Shown: positions 8,932-16,946, counted from the stretch's first letter. The stretch is 32,000 nucleotides of DNA from Xanthomonas campestris pv. campestris str. ATCC 33913 (GCF_000007145.1 NC_003902.1:3806497-3838496), one strand, 5' to 3'. Program-made: numbers and translations. Notes: generated by a model not told the origin, from the sequence alone.

Positions 8932-9843
8932 ATGGACACAATGGACACGCTCCGCGCCTTCCTGCGCGTTGCCGAGCTCGGCAGCTTCACCCGTGCCGCC
9001 GAAACGCTGGGCCTGCCCAAAGCCAGCGTCTCCACCGCCGTGCAACGGCTCGAAGCCTCGCTGGGCACCCAGCTCCTGCATCGCACCACCCGCCGCGTGC
9101 AACTCACCGCCGACGGCACCGCGTTCTACCAGCGCAGCCGCGATCTGCTCGACGACATGGACGAATTGCAGGGCATGTTCCAGCGCGACCACAGCCAGTT
9201 GCGCGGGCGCCTGCGCGTGGACATGTCGGCCGGCATCGCGCGGCAGTTCGTGATTCCCGCGCTGCCGGCCTTTCTCGCCCAGCATCCGCAGCTGGAGATC
9301 GAAATCAGCGGCACCGATCGCCGCGTGGACCTGGTGCGCGAGGGCTTCGATTGCGTGCTGCGGGTTGGCACGGTGGAAGACACCAGCCTGGTCGGCCGGC
9401 CGCTGGGCGTGCTGCGCATCATCAACGTGGCCAGCGCGCAGTACCTGGCGCAACGTGGCGTGCCACAGACCCTTGAGGATCTGGCGCAGCACGATCTGGT
9501 GCACTACGTCTCCACGCTGGGCCAACGCTCGCCCGGGTTCGAATACCACGACGGTGCGCAGTACCACTGGCTGCCGATGCGCGGCCCGGTGACGGTGAAC
9601 AACGGCGATGCCTACCTTGCCGCCGCACGTGCGGGGCTGGGCATCATCCAGGCACCAGCCAGCCCGCTGCAGGCGCATCTGGACAGTGGCGTGTTGGTGG
9701 AGGTGTTGGCGCAGATGGCACCGGAGCCGATGCCGGTCACGCTGCTGTATGCGCAGCGCCGGCATCTACCGCAGCGCGTGCGTCTGTTCATGGACTGGAT
9801 TGCGCAAGTGATGGCGCCGCATCTGGAGCCGCATTTGCCTTGA
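8932..9843 (+). CDS. LysR-family transcriptional regulator
   Basis: The ATG at 8932 gives MDTMDTLRAFLRVAELGSFTRAAETLGLPKASVSTAVQRLE, a LysR winged-HTH, followed by a substrate-binding domain. It is divergent from the SDR gene across a 103-bp intergenic region. Confidence 0.9.
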   Translation: MDTMDTLRAFLRVAELGSFTRAAETLGLPKASVSTAVQRLEASLGTQLLHRTTRRVQLTADGTAFYQRSRDLLDDMDELQGMFQRDHSQLRGRLRVDMSAGIARQFVIPALPAFLAQHPQLEIEISGTDRRVDLVREGFDCVLRVGTVEDTSLVGRPLGVLRIINVASAQYLAQRGVPQTLEDLAQHDLVHYVSTLGQRSPGFEYHDGAQYHWLPMRGPVTVNNGDAYLAAARAGLGIIQAPASPLQAHLDSGVLVEVLAQMAPEPMPVTLLYAQRRHLPQRVRLFMDWIAQVMAPHLEPHLP

Positions 9844-9928
9844 ATTTGCGTCGGCGCGGGTGTGGCGCTACAGCGCTGGCGCGCGCGCCATGTAGACGGG
9901 CGTTGGCATGCCAATCTGGCACTACTTT

Positions 9929-9948
9929 GTCGCCCCTGAAAAACCCCC
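9929..9948. repeat. Terminal inverted repeat of the IS5-type element (transposase-stop side)
   Basis: GTCGCCCCTGAAAAACCCCC is an exact reverse complement of 11415-11434. Confidence 0.85.
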
Positions 9949-9949
9949 T

Positions 9950-11317
9950 TCAAGCACCAAGTGTCATCGGCGACAGCGGCACGGCGCTAAAGGATGGCCA
10001 TCCCATCGCCCGCATCCAGGCACGCAAAAACGCGATCCAGCGCAGCAGCCAGCGCAGGTTGTAGCCGGCGGCGCAGCCGAGTACGTGCAGCGCATCGCCT
10101 TGTGCACCTTTCAGCCTGCAGCGACGCAACCTGCAGTCGTCTTTCAGATGTCCGATCACCGGTTCCACCGCCTGCCGTCGTTTGATCCAGCGCCATTGCC
10201 GTCGCGTCAGCGTCTTGGCCTTGCCACGATGGAGCACCTGCACGCCATCGACCTCGCGCCCGCGATAGCCCAGGTCCACGATCGCCACCGTCGGTTCTAC
10301 GCTCAGATCCTGCAGCAACCCGCGTGTCTGCTCCAGCTGCTCGGCCAAGGTGTCGCCGTCGTACGGGTTGCCCGGGAAGCTACGCGCACCCACGACCAAT
10401 CCCTTGCAGGCGGTGACCGCAATGCCGACCTTGACGCCGAATTCGTACGCTTGACGCGCCTTGCCCTTACCGATGCATTCCACTTCCGGGGCATGCAATG
10501 CGTACAGTTTTTGTTTGTCCTTCGGACGCTGCGTGTACAGCCGTTGCGCACGTTCCAGCCAGACCGCGATGCGCTCGCGCACGCCGGGTTCCACCTGGTC
10601 CAGCTTGCGCGCGATATCGCGCAACACCCGCCCCAAGACCGTGCGTTGACGTCGCAGCACGCGCTGCATGCGCTTGAACTGGCGTGCATGCGCATAGCGG
10701 CCCGCCTTGCGGCTCAGGGCCGGACCTTGCCGTGCGTAGCTCTGCCGCAACCCGATGCCGTAACGCTTGGCCAGCAGCACCAGTTTCTTGCGTGCCACCT
10801 CCAGCAACCGACTATCGGTCGGATAGGCAATCGCCTTTTCCTGCACCGTGGTGTCCACGATCACCCGCGACAACTCGCGTGCGTCCACCGCCTGCATGGC
10901 ATGTGCAGCGTTGATGGTGTGTGCCAGCAACTCTTCCATCCCCGCTTCGTCAAGCCGCTGACGCCAGCGCGTCAGCGAGCTGGCATCGCACGGCAAGCGC
11001 GTCTGGAACACGACCTCGCCAGTGAAAAACTGCCAATACGGATTTTCCAGCCAACGCTCGCACACCGCCTCATCGGACAGGTCGTAGGCGTGTTTGAGGT
11101 AGAGCAAACCGGCGATCAGCCGCACCGGCAATGCCGGCCGACCGCCACCAGCCTGGGTGGCCGGCAAGCGCGATGAAAGTGCTTGCTCCAACGCCGTCCA
11201 CGGCATCCGTTGGCTCAGCTGCGCCAGCGGATGCCGCAGATCGATCTGGTTCTCCAGGCGCGAACGAAACAACTCCTCGGCAGGCATGTGCTCGGCAGCA
11301 GGACGGCGTGTATGCAT
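9950..11317 (-). CDS. IS5-family DDE transposase
   Basis: The ATG at 11317 gives MHTRRPAAEHMPAEELFRSRL. DDE/YREK signatures are present: VIVDTTVQEKAIAYPTDSRLL, AIVDLGYRG and RRQAVEPVIGHLK. The ORF-track start at 11617 lies outside the IS terminal repeat and is an artefactual extension. Confidence 0.9.
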   Translation of the reverse strand: MHTRRPAAEHMPAEELFRSRLENQIDLRHPLAQLSQRMPWTALEQALSSRLPATQAGGGRPALPVRLIAGLLYLKHAYDLSDEAVCERWLENPYWQFFTGEVVFQTRLPCDASSLTRWRQRLDEAGMEELLAHTINAAHAMQAVDARELSRVIVDTTVQEKAIAYPTDSRLLEVARKKLVLLAKRYGIGLRQSYARQGPALSRKAGRYAHARQFKRMQRVLRRQRTVLGRVLRDIARKLDQVEPGVRERIAVWLERAQRLYTQRPKDKQKLYALHAPEVECIGKGKARQAYEFGVKVGIAVTACKGLVVGARSFPGNPYDGDTLAEQLEQTRGLLQDLSVEPTVAIVDLGYRGREVDGVQVLHRGKAKTLTRRQWRWIKRRQAVEPVIGHLKDDCRLRRCRLKGAQGDALHVLGCAAGYNLRWLLRWIAFLRAWMRAMGWPSFSAVPLSPMTLGA

Positions 11318-11414
11318 GAGTGGAAATTGCCAGAAACCAGCCTTCAGCGTAGCGAAAACTGGTAGTTCTGGCACGCCACTGCAGACATCAAGGCCTTGCG
11401 GGCGTTGGGTGATT

Positions 11415-11434
11415 GGGGGTTTTTCAGGGGCGAC
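11415..11434. repeat. Terminal inverted repeat of the IS5-type element (transposase-start side)
   Basis: GGGGGTTTTTCAGGGGCGAC is an exact reverse complement of 9929-9948. Confidence 0.85.
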
Positions 11435-11568
11435 TACTTTAAGTGGCAACAGTGTCGCAAGCCTCTGCTTCTCGCAGAATCTCAACGCAAACAATCCTTG
11501 TTCCCCGCTACGTGGAAAACGTCGTCGCAGTCGCAAGAGAACGATCAGGTTACAGATCATCAGCGCAC

Positions 11569-11602
11569 AAAAAAACACAGGCATCTCTGCGAGATGCCTG
11601 TG
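11569..11602 (-). terminator. Rho-independent terminator of the siderophore-receptor gene
   Basis: Perfect 12-bp stem CACAGGCATCTC (11576-11587) / GAGATGCCTGTG (11591-11602) with a 3-nt loop. On the minus strand it is followed by T7 (the A-run 11569-11575). It lies 47 nt downstream of the stop at 11649. Confidence 0.85.
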
Positions 11603-11648
11603 TGATTGCCAAGCCATCAGACGTTAAAACGCCCCAGGTGTGCGTCGA

Positions 11649-13837
11649 TCAGAACGTGTAGTTGAAGGTCAGCATGCCGTTGCGCGATGCGCCCCATGCG
11701 CCGTAGCCGCCATTGAACTGCGCGTAGTAACGCTTGTCGAGCAGGTTGTCGATATTGAGCTGCACCGAGAACTGCGGTGACAGACGATACCGCGCAAACG
11801 CGCTGACCAGGGCATAGGCACTCTGCTGGAACGCGCCGTACACCGGGTCCACGTAGTACGAACGGTTCTGCCAGTTGACGCCGCCACCCACGGTCAGATC
11901 GCTCCACGCACCTTGCGGGGTGTAGCTGTTGAACAGCTTGAGGGTGGTACGCGGCAGCTGCGTATTGATCGACGTGCCGCTGTCATCGCGCGCGGTGTAA
12001 TGCGAGGCACCAAAGGTGGTGTTCCAACCGGCGGTCACACGGCCGGAGATCTCGAAGTCGAAGCCTTCGCTGACCACGCCGTTGGCGGCCTCATACGCCG
12101 ATTCACTGCTACCGGGAACGAAGCCGCCGGTGGCCACGCCCAGGTTGTCTTGTTCGATGCGGAACACCGCAAGCGAGGCGTTGAGCTTGTCGTCGAACCA
12201 GGCAGCCTTGACGCCGGCTTCGTAGCCCTTGCCGGTCAACGGATCCAGGTAGCCGCCGTTGGCATCGCGCAAGGTCTGCGGGTTGAAGATTTCGGTGTAG
12301 CTGACGTAGGTGGACCACACGTCGTTGATGTCGTAGACCAGGCCGGCGTACGGGGTGACTTCGGTCTGGGTGTCGGAGAACGGTACAAGCCCCTGCGCGG
12401 CATCGAAGTTACCACCATCGATCTGCCAGTCGGTGTAGCGCGCGCCCACCAGCAGCGTCAGCGGGTCGGCCAGCGAGAAACGGCCCGCCACGTAGGCGGC
12501 TTTTTGCTTGATCGTGCCGGTGCTCTGCACCGTGCGCGGGCTCCAGTTGGGTTCCGGATACGCGCCATTCCAGCCGAAGTAAGTATCCAGCGGCGCCGGG
12601 AAATCGAAGGTGCCGTTGTTGGTGAATTCGCGGCGGTTGTAACTGGCGCCGGCGACCAGGTGATGCTCGCGGCCAAACAGCTGGAACGGGCCTTCCGCGT
12701 ACACGTCGGCGCCGTCGGCCTTGCGCTCGGTGAGGTAGTTACCCGAATACGGCACCACGCCGCCGCCGGTGGCGCGGTCGAAACCGAAAATCGTATAGAA
12801 CGGATAGAACAGATGATTGGCCGCTTCGGTCTTCTCATGGCTGACATTGGCCTTGAGCGTCCAGCCGTTGTCGAAGCCCTGCTGCAGGCTGGCGAAGGTG
12901 CGCTGCAGACGCGTATCCCAGAACGTCCAATCGGCGGCCGGATTGAACGAGCGGTCGTAATTGGTGCGCGTGCCGTCGCTGAAGAACAGCGGGAAGCCGC
13001 CCCAGGTGACGTCGTCCGATTCCTTCTTCTGGTACTCGTAGCCCACGCTCAGCAGCGTGCTGTCGGTGAGGTCGGCATCAATGATCGCCGAGCCGATCTT
13101 CTTGCGCAGGTTGTAGCGGTCCATGTCCGATTCGCCGTCCTGGTAGACGCCGATCACACGTGCGCGCACATTGCCGCCGGGCTGAGCGGCACGGTGACAT
13201 CGGCCACGCTGCGGGTCTTGTTGAAATCGCCGCCACCCACCGACACGGTGCCGGTGAACTCGCGGCTGAGCGCGTGCTTGCGCACCAGGTTGATCGAGGC
13301 GGACGGATTGCCCGAGCCGGTGAGCAGGCCGGTGGCCCCGCGCACCACTTCAACCCGGTCGTACAGGGCCACGTCCAGCGCCGAGTCGCCGTAGCTCCAG
13401 GCCTGCTCCATGTAGGCCGGGATGCCATCGAACTGATAGTTGTCGATGTAGAAACCGCGCGCGTAGAACTCCAGGCGCTCGCTGTCGCTCTGCGCCACCG
13501 AAATGCCGGTGACGTTGTTGAGCACATCGGTGATGCTCTGCAGGTTCTGGTCGTCCATGCGGTCGCGGGTGATGACCGTGACCGACTGCGGAATCTCGCG
13601 CAGCGACAGGTTCATGCGCGTGCCGGCGGTGGTCTTCTCCACCGTGTAGCCGCGCTCGCCGGTGACGTTCACGCCATCGAGCGTGGTGACCTCGGCATCG
13701 GCGGCGGCCTCAGCAGCGGGCGCTTCGGCGAGCGCCTGGCCGGCCGTCATCGTGCACAGCGCCGCGAACAGCGCGCGCGGCAGGACATGGCGGCGCGCGC
13801 CCACGGAAGGAAGACGCATCTGGGTACTACGGTTCAT
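11649..13837 (-). pseudogene. TonB-dependent ferric-siderophore receptor (FhuE/FpvA-like), interrupted by a 1-nt frameshift
   Basis: Two overlapping ORFs in different frames together form one receptor. ORF 13154-13921 carries the signal peptide and plug, with a likely ATG at 13837 preceded by GGAG. ORF 11649-13169 carries the beta-barrel ending LTFNYTF. The frames switch within 13172-13183: ...TVPLSP in one frame continues as GGNVRARVIGVYQDG in the other. This is consistent with loss of one base in the GGG run at 13179-13181. Confidence 0.8.
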
Positions 13838-13941
13838 CGGGGGGACTCCAACACAGACGGATTGGGCCGCACGCAATCGCAGCGCCGGCAACAAAAGGGG
13901 GAGGAACGGGTGCCATACCACCGGCAGCGCGCCATTTTAAT

Positions 13942-13960
13942 GGGAATGATTCACATTTTA
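13942..13960 (-). promoter_or_regulatory. Candidate Fur box in the promoter of the siderophore-receptor gene
   Basis: The minus-strand sequence TAAAATGTGAATCATTCCC matches the 19-bp Fur consensus GATAATGATAATCATTATC at about 12/19 positions, including the central AATCATT. It sits in a local AT-rich island about 105 nt upstream of the ATG, flanked by two CATTTTAA direct repeats. Confidence 0.4.
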
Positions 13961-14058
13961 AATAGCAAACCGAGCCTGCTTTTGGCAGGTCGACGTCCCC
14001 CCAATTTTGAGTAGCGCCTCAGTTTGGAGTCCAATTCCCTACCCCGAGGAGATTGGAC

Positions 14059-14322
14059 GTGAAGAAACGTTTTACTGACGAGCAGGTCATCGGCTTTCTG
14101 CGCGAAGCCGAAAGCGGCGTCGCCATCAAGGATCTGTGCCGGCGGCATGGCTTCAGCGAGGCCTCGTACTACCTGTGGCGCAGCAAGTTCGGTGGGATGA
14201 GCGTGCCCGATGCCAAGCGGCTCAAGGACCTCGAGTCCGAGAACGCGCGGCTGAAGAAGTTGCTGGCCGAGCAGTTGTTCGAGAACGACCTGATCAAGGA
14301 TGCACTGCGAAAAAAGTGGTAA
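14059..14322 (+). CDS. IS3-family transposase OrfA (HTH)
   Basis: (M)KKRFTDEQVIGFLREAESGVAIKDLCRRHGFSEASYYLWRSKFGG is typical of IS3/IS407 OrfA, and a leucine-zipper-like tail follows. The GTG at 14059 is 7 nt after GAGGAG. The TTG at 14053 listed in the ORF track is too close to that Shine-Dalgarno sequence. Confidence 0.85.
   Translation: MKKRFTDEQVIGFLREAESGVAIKDLCRRHGFSEASYYLWRSKFGGMSVPDAKRLKDLESENARLKKLLAEQLFENDLIKDALRKKW
14310..14316 (+). other. Programmed -1 ribosomal frameshift heptamer A AAA AAG joining orfA to orfB
   Basis: In the orfA frame the codons read cgA AAA AAG tgg taa. A slip of -1 gives ...KKVVSAPARRTLVREW, which is the orfB frame of ORF 14136-15161. Confidence 0.75.
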
Positions 14323-15161
14323 GCGCACCGGCGCGTCGTACGCTGGTGCGCGAATGGATCGGGCGTGGTGCCAGCGAGCGTCGTGCGTTGGCAGTGATCG
14401 GCATGAGCGCCAGTGCACTGCGGTATTGCCCGCGCGAAGATCGCAATGGCGAACTGCGCGAACGCATCTGTGCGTTGGCACATCGCCATCGCCGCTATGG
14501 CGTGGGAATGATCTATCTCAAATTGCGGCAAGAAGGGCGCATCGTGAACTACAAGCGTGTGGAACGGTTGTATCGCGAGCAGCAGCTGCAAGTGCGCCGC
14601 CGCAAGCGCAAGAAGGTCCCAATAGGCGAGCGTCAACCGCTGCTGCGGCCATCGCAGGCCAACCAGGTGTGGTCGATGGACTTTGTGTTCGACCGCACCG
14701 CGGAAGGCCGGGTGATCAAGTGTCTGGTGATCGTGGACGATGCAACCCACGAAGCGGTCGCCATCGAAGTGGAGCGCGCGATCTCCGGGCACGGGGTGAC
14801 GCGCGTGCTGGACCGACTGGCGCACAGTCGCGGTTTGCCGAAGGTGATCCGCACTGACAACGGCAAGGAGTTTTGCGGTAAGGCGATGGTCGCCTGGGCG
14901 CATGCCCGTAATGTGCAACTACGGCTCATCCAGCCAGGCAAACCGAACCAGAACGCCTATGTTGAATCCTTCAACGGCCGACTGCGCGACGAATGCCTCA
15001 ACGAGCACTGGTTCCCGACGTTACTGCACGCGCGCACCGAAATCGAACGCTGGCGACGCGAATACAACGAGGACCGACCCAAGAAAGCAATCGGCGGCAT
15101 GACCCCGGCTGCTTATGCCCAACATCTGGCAAACACCGATATCATCAACCCCGGACTCTAA
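14316..15161 (+). CDS. IS3-family transposase OrfB (DDE integrase core), expressed as an OrfAB fusion
   Basis: DDE triad context WSMDFVFD ... IRTDNGKEF ... SFNGRLRDECL. There is no independent start with a Shine-Dalgarno sequence. The stop codon lies inside the right terminal repeat, as is usual for IS3 elements. Confidence 0.85.
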   Translation: MVSAPARRTLVREWIGRGASERRALAVIGMSASALRYCPREDRNGELRERICALAHRHRRYGVGMIYLKLRQEGRIVNYKRVERLYREQQLQVRRRKRKKVPIGERQPLLRPSQANQVWSMDFVFDRTAEGRVIKCLVIVDDATHEAVAIEVERAISGHGVTRVLDRLAHSRGLPKVIRTDNGKEFCGKAMVAWAHARNVQLRLIQPGKPNQNAYVESFNGRLRDECLNEHWFPTLLHARTEIERWRREYNEDRPKKAIGGMTPAAYAQHLANTDIINPGL

Positions 15162-15199
15162 ACCAGGCCGCTACTCAGGGCGGGGGGGCGTCGAGGTCA

Positions 15200-15249
15200 C
15201 CGAGAGAAACAAGCGCTACCTGAAACTGGTGCGTACCCTGCTGGAGTAG
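15200..15249 (+). pseudogene. Possible 3'-terminal remnant of a gene truncated at the IS3 right end
   Basis: The frame ending at TAG 15247-15249 reads ..ERNKRYLKLVRTLLE* with third-position GC of 12/15, versus about 3/16 in the frame I tallied fully; the third frame also looked low but hits a stop after a few codons. That is the coding signature of this genome. The frame runs straight into the IS end and is too short to assign a family. Confidence 0.3.
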
Positions 15250-15560
15250 GTCTGTCCGGCACGGTGCCGGTGCCAGCGACTCGCCACGGCGGTCGAGTCC
15301 GCGATCCCATGGCGCAGTGTCTTCACTGGATCCGCTATGCAGATCGCATGGCGGCGTTACGTAATCCTGCGGCTATCGAGCAAACAAAGCCCGCATGGCG
15401 CACGCGTGCTTACAACGCGCTTGTCCGCCCAGGCAGATCAGTACTCACAGTCATTGCGGCCGAGTTCGCCCATGCGCAACACTCGACGCGGATGCCGCGC
15501 ACCAGCGGAACAACGGACCGTCGCCCAGCGCATGCCGGGCGCCAGCGCACCAAGGAGCAT

Positions 15561-16637
15561 ATGAACAACTTTTGGAAGGCGTTTGCATTACTGGCGCTGT
15601 GCGCGCCCGTGGTAGGCGTGGCAGCACCAAAACAATCCGCATTGGCCGACACCTGCCGGGTGCCCGGTGCGCCGGTCCATGAGGCAGGTCTTGTACAGAT
15701 CGGCGGGATCCAGCAATGGGTGACGGTCGAGGGCGCCGACTGCCGCAATCCGGTGGTGTTGATCGTCCATGGCGGGCCGGGCAACCCCAATACTCCATTC
15801 GCGCAGCGCCTGTTCGGCAGTTGGACGCGCGACTTCACCGTCGTGCAGTGGGATCAGCGCGGCTCGGGCAAGACCTACGCCGCCAACAAGCCTGCCGAGG
15901 GCGAAGCGCTGACCATGCAACGGCTGACGCAAGACGGTGTTGAGGTGGCGCGCCATGCGATGCAACAGCTCGGCAAGCGCAAGGTCATCCTGATGGGTGG
16001 CTCGTGGGGCTCGGCCTTGGCCGCCCACATGGCCAAGGCCAACTCCGACCTATTCCATGCGTATGTCGGCACCGCGCAGTTGGTCAACTACCAGGACGAC
16101 GTGGCGGCCGGCTATGCCGCGACCATGCAGCTGGTGCAGGCAGCCAACGATCATGATGCGCTCGGCAAGCTCGAACAGATCGGCCCGCCGCCGTGGACGA
16201 ACCCGCGCAATTTCGGGATTCTGCGGCGCGTGAGCCGCAAGTACGAAGCGTTGCGGACCGAGCCGGCGCCGGCCGACTGGTTCAGATTTTCTGCCGAGTA
16301 CGACACGCCCGAGTATCGCGCGGCCTACGAGGCCGGCGAGGACTATTCCTTCCTGCAATTTGTCGGGCTGGCGGGTAATGGCATGGGGCCGCAGATCAAC
16401 CTGCGCGCACTCGGGCCGGCCTTCGCAATGCCTGTCTACCTGCTGCAAGGCGACCAGGATCTGGTCACGCCGCTGACGGTCAGCAAAGCGTATTTCGAAA
16501 CGCTGTCAGCGCCGACCAAAGAGTTCCTGATCCTGCCGCGCACTGGCCACGACCCCAACCCGACCATGATGGACACGCAGTTGCAGGTGTTGACCACCCG
16601 GGTCCGTGCGCAGGCAGTGGCGAACGACGCGCGCTGA
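15561..16637 (+). CDS. Secreted alpha/beta hydrolase, S33 proline-iminopeptidase-like
   Basis: The ATG at 15561 is preceded by AAGGAG and encodes the signal peptide MNNFWKAFALLALCAPVVGVAAP. The HGGPG oxyanion motif and GGSWGS nucleophile elbow are present. The ORF-track start at 15264 is an upstream extension. Confidence 0.85.
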   Translation: MNNFWKAFALLALCAPVVGVAAPKQSALADTCRVPGAPVHEAGLVQIGGIQQWVTVEGADCRNPVVLIVHGGPGNPNTPFAQRLFGSWTRDFTVVQWDQRGSGKTYAANKPAEGEALTMQRLTQDGVEVARHAMQQLGKRKVILMGGSWGSALAAHMAKANSDLFHAYVGTAQLVNYQDDVAAGYAATMQLVQAANDHDALGKLEQIGPPPWTNPRNFGILRRVSRKYEALRTEPAPADWFRFSAEYDTPEYRAAYEAGEDYSFLQFVGLAGNGMGPQINLRALGPAFAMPVYLLQGDQDLVTPLTVSKAYFETLSAPTKEFLILPRTGHDPNPTMMDTQLQVLTTRVRAQAVANDAR

Positions 16638-16672
16638 TCCCGGCAATGCCGGGCCAAGACGCTTGCACCTCT

Positions 16673-16703
16673 GCGCCCGGCTTTATCGGGTGCACTTGTT
16701 TTT
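16673..16703 (+). terminator. Candidate rho-independent terminator after the hydrolase gene
   Basis: 7-bp stem GCGCCCG (16673-16679) / CGGGTGC (16687-16693) including one G-U pair, with a 7-nt loop, followed by ACTTGTTTTT. Confidence 0.45.
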
Positions 16704-16899
16704 AAGCATTGCAACGCTATGCAGCGAGTGACCTGCACGCAGTGATGCATGGATCTGGGCCGCCGCCTGTGTGCGCCAGATCGACCTCTGCGTCGCCAAC
16801 ATGCACCGCCAGTGATCCGCCACGCCGCCACGTCTTGGAATGCACGCGGCGGTGCATGCTGCCTGCCCGCAGCATCACCCATCGCGCAGACCTCCCAAG

Positions 16900-16927
16900 A
16901 AAAAAGCCGGCTTTCGCCGGCTTTTTT
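16900..16927. terminator. Bidirectional rho-independent terminator (tkt on the minus strand, hydrolase side on the plus strand)
   Basis: AAAAAAGCCGGCTTTCGCCGGCTTTTTT: a 7-bp GC-rich stem with a TTTC loop, an A-run on one side and a T-run on the other. It lies 20 nt downstream of the tkt stop at 16947. Confidence 0.8.
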
Positions 16928-16946
16928 CAATCAACACCACAACGCA

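Larger units (their letters stand above)
9929..11434 (-). mobile_element. IS5/IS1182-superfamily insertion sequence, apparently intact (about 1.5 kb)
   Basis: A single DDE transposase ORF is bounded by perfect 20-bp terminal inverted repeats, GTCGCCCCTGAAAAACCCCC (9929-9948) and its reverse complement (11415-11434). The element is flanked on both sides by direct TACTTT (9923-9928 and 11435-11440). Confidence 0.8.
13983..15199 (+). mobile_element. IS3-family (IS407-group-like) insertion sequence, about 1.2 kb
   Basis: orfA/orfB organisation with an A AAA AAG slippery site. Imperfect terminal inverted repeats of about 50 bp begin TG and end CA (left TGGCAGGTCGACGTCCCCCCAATTTTGAGTAGCGCCTCAGTTTGGAGTCC; right end reverse-complemented TGACCTCGACGCCCCCCCGCCCTGAGTAGCGGCCTGGTTTAGAGTCC). 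Exact ends are uncertain by a few bp, and no flanking target duplication was found. Confidence 0.8.

Noticed and set aside
9903-9914. Perfect 12-bp palindrome TTGGCATGCCAA just outside the IS5 insertion site. The 10-bp palindrome ATGCGCGCAT at 20545-20554 is a similar case.
   Set aside because: Roughly 32000 x 4^-6, or about 8, perfect 12-bp palindromes are expected by chance in a window this size, and more with biased composition. There is no second copy and no known operator match that I can support.
9929-15199. Idea that the two IS elements form a composite transposon carrying the siderophore receptor gene.
   Set aside because: The flanking elements belong to different families (IS5-type and IS3-type) with unrelated ends and transposases, so they cannot mobilise the intervening segment as a unit.
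13940-15249. A 30-codon ORF reconstituted across the IS3 element: MGMIHILNSKPSLL on the left flank joins in frame to SERNKRYLKLVRTLLE* on the right flank.
   Set aside because: An in-frame join has a 1-in-3 chance. The left part has non-coding-like third-position composition (about 50% GC) and overlaps the Fur-box-like promoter island. No target duplication defines the ancestral junction. Only the right part is retained, as a possible gene remnant.
15465-15489. Search for HrpX plant-inducible promoter boxes (TTCGB-N15-TTCGB) upstream of the secreted hydrolase, the PLC-like gene, the receptors, the symporter and moxR. The best hit was TTCGC-N15-GACGC upstream of the alpha/beta hydrolase. Sigma-54 -24/-12 motifs were also sought upstream of the symporter.
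   Set aside because: The second half-site is not TTCG, and no complete PIP box or TGGCAC-N5-TTGC element was found by eye in any upstream region.
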